From Bdellovibrionales bacterium (GTDB lineage: Bacteria > Bdellovibrionota > Bdellovibrionia > Bdellovibrionales > JAGQZY01): a stretch of DNA of 64,000 bases. This document shows, one piece after another, positions 19,975 to 28,034 of the stretch (its first letter is position 1; each line of letters begins with the position of its first letter). Both the position numbers and the translations under genes were made by a program. The stretch spans positions 2,066 to 66,065 of the forward strand of contig JBGSUL010000018.1 of NCBI GenBank assembly GCA_041736155.1, read 5' to 3'. Below the pieces are notes generated by a model that had not been told where the DNA came from, did not search any database, and saw only the letters and a list, made by a program, of their open reading frames with translations.

Positions 19975-20628
19975 TTGGTGCAAGATTTTGAACGAAATGA
20001 ACTTCTGTACCATTCAATTAGCTCAATGGGCGAATTTTACCCGTTAGGTATATTTATTGAGCCTGAGCTGGTAAAAAGACAACTGCAAGAATTTGATGCT
20101 CAATGGAAAGTTTTTAATCCATCCAAACCTCAATGCAATCGATTTGGATTATCGGTTACCTCAATCGATGGCGGGCTTTCTGGAATTCCTGATCTGACAT
20201 CTATTGCTGAGTATAATAATAAAAATGGAACAAAGCTGAATGAAGAAGATTTCAAGGTCACTACTGAAGTTTTTCATAAATGTACCGCTATCCATGAGCT
20301 TCTGAATCCTTTTACTCCTTATCTTGGGAGAACTCATTTTATCAAATTACATGAAGGTAGTTTTTTTCCCTACCATCGAGATTGCTACACAAAATTTGAC
20401 AATACATTTCGAATATTTGTCCCCCTGTATACCAGCACCCCTAGAGATTTTATATTTATGATGGGAATGAAAAGAGTTGAATTATATTCTGGAACTCCCT
20501 ATTTCGTAAACTCCAGAATTGAACACGCCTTAGCTAGTATGGACAATAATTCTATAAGTTTAATTGCAAACATAAAGCTGACTTTTGAATCTGTAAGTAC
20601 CCTTAAAAGCCTAGTCCAGTCTCGTTAA
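19975..20628 (+). CDS. cupin-fold protein, Asp/Asn beta-hydroxylase-like (paralog of 57742-58425)
   Basis: FFPYHRD...FRIFVPLY...NSRIEHAL fits an HxD...H Fe(II)-site pattern. Clearly alignable by eye with the 57742 ORF. Confidence 0.45.
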   Translation: MVQDFERNELLYHSISSMGEFYPLGIFIEPELVKRQLQEFDAQWKVFNPSKPQCNRFGLSVTSIDGGLSGIPDLTSIAEYNNKNGTKLNEEDFKVTTEVFHKCTAIHELLNPFTPYLGRTHFIKLHEGSFFPYHRDCYTKFDNTFRIFVPLYTSTPRDFIFMMGMKRVELYSGTPYFVNSRIEHALASMDNNSISLIANIKLTFESVSTLKSLVQSR

Positions 20629-21734
20629 AGACATTTTTTTTCTTTCCTACAAAAAAAGTATGACCAATAGTTATTTATATTTTTATCTTGAGCATATTTT
20701 TTTGTTTTTAAAAAATCATAGATTCTCTTAAACTCTAAAAAATATGGATTATTCTCTGGCTGAGATGAGACTGATTGAAAAAATAAAATGCCATCATTAT
20801 AGATGACAGAGGCCTCTTCCCCCAGAAATATTTTGGCAATGAGAATATCCAGATGTTTAATTGATTTCTCAATATTTGATGATCCTGTGTTATATTTTTC
20901 ATAAACTGAAATAGCCTCCTTGAATTCCCCAAGATTTATCAAGACCTTTGCATAATTCTGCAATATCCAGAAATTTAGATATTTTTTATTTAATTCAGAT
21001 CTTATTTCTTTTAATATGTTTATTTTCTGCTCATCACTTTTTATAAGCAGAGATCTAAAAAAGAGATCCTCTGATCTTAAATAATCATCATTATCGGTAG
21101 ATTCTGAAACTAATTTTTTTGCCTCTGACTGAACAAGGTTAATATCTTTAGTATATATATCCATTCTAAGTAATTGCCATTTTATATTTCTAAGTAGATA
21201 AATCGGCACATTTTTTTCATCCAACATTTTACCATAAAATGCATGCGACTCTTTGTTGTAAAACAATAATCTCATCGCCGACAAGACTTCAAATCGACTC
21301 TCTGTAGAAGATTTTTCGAATTTTAATATATACTCTTTAAGAAAGGGAAAAATATTTATGCTTGGATTTTTTTCAATTAAACTCATTATATTTTTAGCCA
21401 ACGCAGATGATACATTTTCGCTCTTTATTTTCGAGGCATTTGAGTACATTGAATCAATAAAACCATGACTTTCTTTGAGCTCAAAAAGACTTAAAAAATA
21501 ATACATAATATCATTAACTATATCCAAATTTAATTGTGGTGCATCTAATGCAATTTTGAGTCTTTTTTCTAGAATACTTAAGCGAGATTTAATTGGCATT
21601 TTTTCTAAATTTTGAAAATATAATTTATTTTTTGAACTAATTTGTTCATAATCGACTGTTGTTGAAGCTAGAGTCGTTGTCATAATAAAATTTAGGGCAA
21701 CAAACACAATCGTCTTAAAGATCTTTGGAATCAT
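20625..21734 (-). CDS. secreted helical-repeat (TPR-like) hypothetical protein
   Basis: ORF track. Signal-like N-terminus IVFVALNFIMTTTLAST. Helical, K/E/L-rich composition. Confidence 0.4.
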   Translation of the reverse strand: MIPKIFKTIVFVALNFIMTTTLASTTVDYEQISSKNKLYFQNLEKMPIKSRLSILEKRLKIALDAPQLNLDIVNDIMYYFLSLFELKESHGFIDSMYSNASKIKSENVSSALAKNIMSLIEKNPSINIFPFLKEYILKFEKSSTESRFEVLSAMRLLFYNKESHAFYGKMLDEKNVPIYLLRNIKWQLLRMDIYTKDINLVQSEAKKLVSESTDNDDYLRSEDLFFRSLLIKSDEQKINILKEIRSELNKKYLNFWILQNYAKVLINLGEFKEAISVYEKYNTGSSNIEKSIKHLDILIAKIFLGEEASVIYNDGILFFQSVSSQPENNPYFLEFKRIYDFLKTKKYAQDKNINNYWSYFFCRKEKKCL

Positions 21735-21844
21735 TTATAAATTTTAGAATTAAATAGATTACAAATCATTAAGACTTAGGTCTAACTTCTTCATATATAA
21801 TAAACTAGAGGGTATCTTGCACATCCTTTAACGAGTCTCTGGCC

Positions 21845-21997
21845 TCATTGACGGATGAACTTCATTATTTCGACTCCTCCTAGATTAAGGTCTAGGTCGT
21901 ACCGTTTGCATGCAGCCAAGTACGCTGCCCTTACAATTTCAGCTGTTACAGATCCTTCATTAATTCCTAGTACCTTGAGTGCATCAAAAATAGTCAT
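21845..21997 (-). CDS. small J-domain-like protein lacking HPD (DLD instead); possibly frameshifted, with similarity continuing to 21805
   Basis: Manual translation after GAGGGAGG SD: MTIFDALKVLGINEGSVTAEIVRAAYLAACKRYDLDLNLGGVEIMKFIRQ*. It follows the J-domain helix I-II pattern. The +1 frame continues VNEARDSLKDVQDTL*, which matches the helix III pattern KFxxINEAxxxLxD. Confidence 0.35.
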   Translation of the reverse strand: MTIFDALKVLGINEGSVTAEIVRAAYLAACKRYDLDLNLGGVEIMKFIRQ

Positions 21998-22027
21998 TTG
22001 TAGACCTCCCTCGTTAGATTGCTCCTC

Positions 22028-22069
22028 AAAAAAAAATTCCCCCCGCCTGCGCCCCTTCAGGGCGGGGGG
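22028..22069 (-). terminator. intrinsic terminator-like hairpin (9 G:C pairs) followed by a U-run on the minus strand
   Basis: CCCCCCGCC (22039-22047) pairs with GGCGGGGGG (22061-22069). The minus-strand RNA continues AAUUUUUUUUU (22028-22038). On the plus strand no U-run follows. Confidence 0.6.
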
Positions 22070-22277
22070 AGAAAAAATTCAATTGGATCGCTTTTCGTGC
22101 CCATGAACTGCGTCAAGGACTGTGACAAGTCGTTTAGACTTGGCGCAGTCCTTGAAAAGCTGTTCTTGGGCCGAAGAGAAAAGCGAAGACAATTCAGGAT
22201 CGTCACAGATTAATTTTTAAATTGATTCATTACTCATCAACTCCTTTTTGACCTTTTGTGAGGCACAAGGAGGTTGC

Positions 22278-22439
22278 ATGAGCAACGAGATCAATAATAA
22301 AAAAATTATCGCTGAACTTGAAATCCGAATAGGACTCAAAGTTTACAAAATTGAAATTGGATCAAAAATTAGATGGGTTTGGATTTTGGGAATAATCTTA
22401 ATAAAATTTCTTTACAAAATATGGGTTATGATAAATTAG
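22278..22439 (+). CDS. small (53 aa) protein with a hydrophobic C-terminal tail
   Basis: AAGGAGG SD 5 nt before ATG 22278. MSNEINNKKIIAELEIRIGLKVYKIEIGSKIRWVWILGIILIKFLYKIWVMIN. Convergent with, and abutting, the 22444 gene. Confidence 0.3.
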   Translation: MSNEINNKKIIAELEIRIGLKVYKIEIGSKIRWVWILGIILIKFLYKIWVMIN

Positions 22440-22443
22440 GCCA

Positions 22444-23343
22444 TTACTTAGGTTCTACTAAGCCCCAAGAACGGAGTTGTTTACGGATACTCAAAGTCAT
22501 TTTTTCTTGAGGAGTGAGTACCCTTTGTGCAAGTTTTCCATCTGAATTATTAAGAGAAGCATAAATCGTCGATTGGGCATCGCTTGAACTGAACGTAGTT
22601 TCAAACTTTATTTTTTCACAATTGATTTGAAAGTTAGTCATCTCGTAGTCGTCGTCATTCGTGTTAAATACAACACTTTTGTAATCAGCCAAAACTTTAT
22701 ATTCAAGCTGACTTCGTTTGTCCGTGGTGCTTACGTTCATAACTCGGCAAGGGAATGACAAAGAAAGAGACGTCGCTTTATTTAGTTCAAGGTTAAGTGA
22801 CTTCTTGTAAGGAATTGAAAGTACATTTTCATCCCAACTAGATACTAGAAAGCTTGAGTTGTCAGACTTTCTAAGTTTAATAGAAAGTTCTATGTCAAAA
22901 TTGCGAGGCTTTTCTTTTTCTACTTCTTGCAGAACATTCAGATAAACTAAATACATGCCAAGATTTTCGTCATAAATAATTTTTTGAATGAGAAAGTTTT
23001 GTTTACCGTTATTCTCCGACAAATAAGCAAGTCCCGAATCTAGTTTTAACTTATGTTTATTAAAAATCTTTTTATCAAAAAAATGGCTTAAAAATTGACT
23101 CTTCTCCGAGGACGACGAATTTCGATCAATCTTATAATACTCCGATATCATATTTTTAATAAAAGCCGCTTCTTTCTCAATCTCCGGGGGAGACTCAATC
23201 TTTCCGAGTAGTTGACTTGAGTATTTATCGAAAGCAGCTATTAATCCAATCTCATTGTTAATTACATACAAAGATACCAAGAGTAGAGAGAAAACTACCA
23301 GAAATAGTAAATTTTTAAAAAAAGAAAAGATTCTACTTTTCAC
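22444..23343 (-). CDS. membrane-anchored hypothetical protein (last gene of the sensor operon)
   Basis: ORF track. N-terminal TM LLFLVVFSLLLVSLYVI. Overlaps the upstream gene by 11 nt. Confidence 0.5.
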   Translation of the reverse strand: MKSRIFSFFKNLLFLVVFSLLLVSLYVINNEIGLIAAFDKYSSQLLGKIESPPEIEKEAAFIKNMISEYYKIDRNSSSSEKSQFLSHFFDKKIFNKHKLKLDSGLAYLSENNGKQNFLIQKIIYDENLGMYLVYLNVLQEVEKEKPRNFDIELSIKLRKSDNSSFLVSSWDENVLSIPYKKSLNLELNKATSLSLSFPCRVMNVSTTDKRSQLEYKVLADYKSVVFNTNDDDYEMTNFQINCEKIKFETTFSSSDAQSTIYASLNNSDGKLAQRVLTPQEKMTLSIRKQLRSWGLVEPK

Positions 23344-23806
23344 TCTTTTTGTCCTTCGATTTCTCGTTCATGTTGAGCTCTAATCTAAGATCTTGATGTA
23401 TTTTGGCATTGGGCCCGTCGTCCACCCAAACATCAATTTTTTTGACTTTATATTTACCTTTTTTATATTCACCAACAGTTCCACTAGGTACGTAAAACTT
23501 TTCTTCATTTTCCGATATAAGCTCAAAATTTGGCTTAGTTTTGAGTGTCTGATTCTCTGCTCTGAGTGAGCTGAGTTCTTTATCATCTGAGTAAAGATAA
23601 TTACCAATAATTGCAGCAGCCGCAACAAATACGGCTGACCATAAGAATGCATGAGCTTCGGGTTTTTCATCATCAGGCGCTGTAGAATAGCCAATAACTC
23701 CTCCAACAGGTGCTGCCGCACCCATCATCGCCCAACGTGATTTAGAGTTGGTGGCACACGCAGAAGTAAGAGAAATGGTAAGAATAAATAGAGACATTTT
23801 TTTCAT
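23333..23806 (-). CDS. small lipoprotein with Gly/Ala-rich hydrophobic segments
   Basis: Lipobox LTSAC after the signal peptide MKKMSLFILTIS. Confidence 0.55.
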   Translation of the reverse strand: MKKMSLFILTISLTSACATNSKSRWAMMGAAAPVGGVIGYSTAPDDEKPEAHAFLWSAVFVAAAAIIGNYLYSDDKELSSLRAENQTLKTKPNFELISENEEKFYVPSGTVGEYKKGKYKVKKIDVWVDDGPNAKIHQDLRLELNMNEKSKDKKSEK

Positions 23807-23813
23807 AAAATAC

Positions 23814-25154
23814 CTAACTTTGTAGTCCAGTTTCTAAGAATTGAATCCTAACAGTCGTACCTTTGCCCAAAAAAGAGTCAATACTGATATTTCCACCCCA
23901 AGAATTCACCTTCTTTTTTACATAATAAAGACCAAGGCCGTTTCCATGGATTTTTCCTTTTGAAAAGTGCTCATCAAAGACTTTTGGTAGATCGTGTAGA
24001 GCAATTCCTTTGCCGTTGTCTTCTACTAAAACTAAAGCTTCTGTATTTTTTTGAATGATGGAAACTTTTATTGATTTGCTATTTTTATCTAAAGCTTCAA
24101 TTCCGTTCTTAATGAGATTCGCAAAGACGCGCTTAAAATCTTTCCTATTCACTTTGAGTAATAACTCGCTAGGTGCGACAATTTCAAATGAGACATTTGT
24201 GTTGAACCTCATTACTCCTTTAACAAGTTCTTGGCATATGGGAACAATGTCGATCAATTCTATTTGCTGACTGATAAACTGAGATTCTCTTTTATGAGTT
24301 TCCATGAGGTCAGATAAAATATCTTGTACGCGCTGATTATTTGTAGACAGTACATCTAACAAATCGTCATTTAAAAAATTGTATTCTTTCAATTTAATTT
24401 TTTCTTTTAATATATTGATATTACTTTGATGATTGTAAATTGGCTCCCGAAGATCGTGGGCCAATGTTTTGATAAAACGAGATACTTCTTTTTCCATTCC
24501 AAGCTGAGTTTGAACTTCTGAAAGTTCGACTCTTGCTTCGACTCCGGCAGAAAGAAGCTCAATAATTTTATTTGTCTCGCGGTCTTCACTTCTGAGTGGA
24601 GTGGTTAGGGATGGATTTTCGTTCCATTTTTTAAGCGTGTCTATGGTGGTGTTCAGGGACTTTTTATAACCCATTAAAGGCTGGAGAGCTATTACGGCAA
24701 AAAGTATCAATACCAGAACAAACGCAAATGCAAACGTAGTGGTGCTAAATGTGCCTTGGATAAGAGCTGAGGTTGCTAGGCAGGTTTTAACGGGGCCGAC
24801 CAAGATTCCTCTAAAGGTGACGTCAGCTTCAAATGGTCGATCACAAGAAGCAAGAATCTGCGATGAATTATCAGGCCAGTTAAACACAAGTTTTTTACTA
24901 TAATAAACTTCGTATGCAGAAGTGTTAAAAGATTTAAGTACCATGAAGGCATCAGAAGTTGCCTTGGTGTTCTTATTTTCTAAAATGTTTTCCGCTAATT
25001 CATACTCTCTCTGCTGAATGTAGGATGAGATACTATTTTTCGACTCATCAATCTTTTTATAGAAAAGAAAAATAAAAAGTCCCGACACTAGACCTAGTGA
25101 GGTCAGGAGAATTAAGAAGGTAGATTTTTTAAATAACCACAGACTCTTAATCAT
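23814..25154 (-). CDS. sensor histidine kinase (two TM helices flanking a periplasmic domain)
   Basis: H-box TLAHDLREPIYN, G1 VEDNGKGI, G2 GNGLGLYYVKK. Confidence 0.8.
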   Translation of the reverse strand: MIKSLWLFKKSTFLILLTSLGLVSGLFIFLFYKKIDESKNSISSYIQQREYELAENILENKNTKATSDAFMVLKSFNTSAYEVYYSKKLVFNWPDNSSQILASCDRPFEADVTFRGILVGPVKTCLATSALIQGTFSTTTFAFAFVLVLILFAVIALQPLMGYKKSLNTTIDTLKKWNENPSLTTPLRSEDRETNKIIELLSAGVEARVELSEVQTQLGMEKEVSRFIKTLAHDLREPIYNHQSNINILKEKIKLKEYNFLNDDLLDVLSTNNQRVQDILSDLMETHKRESQFISQQIELIDIVPICQELVKGVMRFNTNVSFEIVAPSELLLKVNRKDFKRVFANLIKNGIEALDKNSKSIKVSIIQKNTEALVLVEDNGKGIALHDLPKVFDEHFSKGKIHGNGLGLYYVKKKVNSWGGNISIDSFLGKGTTVRIQFLETGLQS

Positions 25155-25163
25155 TAAAATTCC

Positions 25164-28034
25164 TTATTTACAAACTTTCGCGGTCGAAACCATTTTTGAG
25201 AATCCATATTTTGAATCGAGCGTCTGCAAGTAATTTATCATACTGCTGTCTTGATTTGCCAAAACGCAAACATTCCAGTCTTTTAGAAATTGAAGTTTTG
25301 CTTGTTGATGAGTTTCTTTATTAAAAGGAGATGTTTTACATTTTTTGCCAAAGTATAGTACATTTGGGTTTAAAAGATCTGTTATCAGATTGGAGTCTTC
25401 GTCTTCGTCTTTATCTTTTAATAAAAGTGTGCCCATCATTGAGTATCCACGACGAGAAAATTCTACGGAATAGGTGCCACTAACTGTGGCAACCATATTT
25501 ACTGGCTCACAGGAATCAGACGATTGAGAGATGAATGTGTCAGACACATCGTTTTCGATATGATTAGATGTAAATGATCTGAAAAAATCAGACTCTGCTT
25601 GCGAAAGGATTTTTCCTGAGCACGATTTGTTCAATAAAGATTCTAAAGCAACAAATGAACCAATAGTCGTCCAATCTTTAATTTCATTATCAGTGACATT
25701 TTCAAAGCGACACTGGACATCTGATGAAGGGATCGGAGATTGAAAAGAATCTAAAACTTTTGAAAATGATGGAAACTCATCAAGGGCATTAGCCCCAGCA
25801 ACAACACTCATGAGTTCATAAATTGAAATTGGATTTATGCCAGTTAATTTTGCATTTTCTAAAAGCAAAAGTTCTTTAATAATTTTTTGCCAAAACTCTT
25901 TATCTGTTGATAGGTACGCGTACACGGGACTAACTACAAGATTACTATAGCTGATGGGCATAAGAGTAATTCCAAGAGAATCTGTTGTTGCATACTTGCC
26001 TTTTAACGAGTTTTCGATATTTTCTTTTCCAGCCCAGAGTAAAATACTTAGTGGAAGCATTTGCTGGGTTGGGAATAATTTTTGATTTATTGTTGCCCCT
26101 TTTTCAACAACGGAAATTGCGAAGGATTCGTTTTGAAATATTCTAAATACTTGTTTTAAGATCGGCATTAAAGTTCCGACCGCATCTTCGGATGACTTTT
26201 TGGCTTCAAAAATATGGAGCACAAGTATCCATGGGAGACTCATTTTAATTTCCCCACCAACTGCATCAGAAATCGCCAATTTATCATTAAAATTTTGTCC
26301 TATAGTAGAAATCACATTGGACTTGAGTAAAAGCTTATTCAGCGTATTCCAAGTAGTATTATTTTTTATTGAATACATCAAAAGAGAGTGAATCAGCGTT
26401 ATTTTTTCTTCTTCAGGAAAAGAGTTAATAGGATGATCCGATAGAGCAACCAAGTAGTCCACCACCTCAACGTAAGAAGTGTCATTTTGCTCTACGATCC
26501 TTGAGACTGCATTGGTGAGTGCTGCTGCGCCGAAACTATTATCAAACGGAAGTCCAGACTGTTTCAAAGAAATGAGCTGAGATTGTGCAAAAGGACCTGT
26601 TTTGGATTCTACGACGGCAACCTCGATAGCGTCAGTTTGCTCCGACGGGTCAAAGGGAATATTTGATTCTGTGAGGAGGCTTAGAATGCCTACATTGTTA
26701 TTTTTAACAGCCGCAGCGAAAGCCCCTTTTGGAATTTTCCCAGAATAGTTTAAAGTGAAACTTACAAGATCTGTCTTTTGACTTAATGTTAAGTTCGATA
26801 CAATAATCTCTGAAAGAGTATTTGTTGAGGATCGATCCGTAGTATAGTCTAAAAATAAACTCACAATTTCCGTATAGGTCTTTTTATCAAGACCTTCCGC
26901 AAATCCCACTTTAAGAGTATTCAGTGAATGCTGATCGAGCGAATATCCTGATTTTTCAAGGCTACCTTTTCTCCAAGTGGTCAGAATGTCTTTGATAAGC
27001 ATTGATTTTTTAGCTGTACCAGTGGATGAAAATGTGACACTTAGCACATCTTCAGTGAATGAGTTTTTATGACTTGCCGGAAAATTAAGTTTTAAAAATG
27101 AAGAATGAATAGCAACAACGCCGCTACTGTCATTTTGTATAGAGGTCTTAATAGAGTTCTGTGCAAGATTGTTTAAAAATTCAAAATTAAGAATGACCCG
27201 CTCTGTTGAGGCAATTACTTCGATTTGCTTTGAAAGCCAATTAGGGTTCTGAACAGAGTCTTCAACTTTTAAGTCCTCTACTTTGATTCCATCTGTAAAA
27301 GCAAGGTCTACAACTACAATGGTGTTCTTCTGAACTCTCGCTGCATCAACGGCATCAATTAGATAAGAGAAAAATTCAGGATTTTCCATTTTATTAGACG
27401 CGATTAGCAGTCGTTCTTGATTTTTAAGAACATCGAGTGACTCGTAAGATCGGCCTTCGATAAAATATTTGAGTAAGTCCTCAGCTCTGTCAGAGGGGCC
27501 GGAAATAAAAATAAATGGGTACTCGATTAATGTTTGTGTAGCCATTGGTAAGCTAAAAGGAATATTATTTTTTTTGATAATCGAAAGCACTACGTCAAAC
27601 TTTGAATCTGTTAAATTTTTAGCAATTGCAGTGGTCATTACCGAAATACTTTTTTGAAACAGTTTTTGTATTTCAGTGTCGTCCTTATGGATTTTGCTGT
27701 ACGCAGTTTCTTTTGGACTATCTTTAATTGATACAAATGGCATAGCATTGGCTTTTAAAAGCATTTCCACTAGAACTGCGTCGCGCATCTGCACTGAACG
27801 AATCAAGACTGTGTTGCCCTGGGCATCATACTGTTCAAGGTCAGTACCAGTATTGATTAATGCTGCAACTGATTTGTAGTCTTTTTTGAGAACAGCATCA
27901 AAAAGTTCGTTACTTAATTCTGAATCAGACTTCTTTTCAGGAACTTCAACAATTCTAGGAGGGACCTCTTCTTTAAATGAGCAACTTGCTAACGCCAGCA
28001 CAAAGATAATTATAATTCCCTTGCAGTATTTCAT
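25164..28034 (-). CDS. large (956 aa) lipoprotein with N-terminal ankyrin repeats
   Basis: Lipobox LALASC. The ankyrin-like stretch LFDAVLKKDYKSVAALINTGTDLEQYDAQGNTVLIRSVQMRDAVLVEMLLKANA. The rest has no recognisable family. Confidence 0.65.
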   Translation of the reverse strand: MKYCKGIIIIFVLALASCSFKEEVPPRIVEVPEKKSDSELSNELFDAVLKKDYKSVAALINTGTDLEQYDAQGNTVLIRSVQMRDAVLVEMLLKANAMPFVSIKDSPKETAYSKIHKDDTEIQKLFQKSISVMTTAIAKNLTDSKFDVVLSIIKKNNIPFSLPMATQTLIEYPFIFISGPSDRAEDLLKYFIEGRSYESLDVLKNQERLLIASNKMENPEFFSYLIDAVDAARVQKNTIVVVDLAFTDGIKVEDLKVEDSVQNPNWLSKQIEVIASTERVILNFEFLNNLAQNSIKTSIQNDSSGVVAIHSSFLKLNFPASHKNSFTEDVLSVTFSSTGTAKKSMLIKDILTTWRKGSLEKSGYSLDQHSLNTLKVGFAEGLDKKTYTEIVSLFLDYTTDRSSTNTLSEIIVSNLTLSQKTDLVSFTLNYSGKIPKGAFAAAVKNNNVGILSLLTESNIPFDPSEQTDAIEVAVVESKTGPFAQSQLISLKQSGLPFDNSFGAAALTNAVSRIVEQNDTSYVEVVDYLVALSDHPINSFPEEEKITLIHSLLMYSIKNNTTWNTLNKLLLKSNVISTIGQNFNDKLAISDAVGGEIKMSLPWILVLHIFEAKKSSEDAVGTLMPILKQVFRIFQNESFAISVVEKGATINQKLFPTQQMLPLSILLWAGKENIENSLKGKYATTDSLGITLMPISYSNLVVSPVYAYLSTDKEFWQKIIKELLLLENAKLTGINPISIYELMSVVAGANALDEFPSFSKVLDSFQSPIPSSDVQCRFENVTDNEIKDWTTIGSFVALESLLNKSCSGKILSQAESDFFRSFTSNHIENDVSDTFISQSSDSCEPVNMVATVSGTYSVEFSRRGYSMMGTLLLKDKDEDEDSNLITDLLNPNVLYFGKKCKTSPFNKETHQQAKLQFLKDWNVCVLANQDSSMINYLQTLDSKYGFSKMVSTAKVCK

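Noticed and set aside
21781-21840. Possible att-like similarity to 52651-52695. Both regions share ACTTCTTC and TAGAG (GGTCTAACTTCTTC...TAGAG versus GGTCCAGACTTCTTCTAGAG). There is also a 9-mer present in opposite orientation (CCTTTAACG versus CGTTAAAGG).
   Set aside because: The matches are short and interrupted by 13 nt on the left side. One is inverted. In AT-rich DNA this is within chance expectation, so it is not reported as attL/attR.
21855-22213. Plus-strand ORF-track calls 21855-22106 and 22019-22213.
   Set aside because: They run antisense to the SD-preceded J-like ORF and straight through the G:C hairpin and A-run. They have low-complexity, Pro/Gly/Arg-rich products with no SD, so they are judged spurious.
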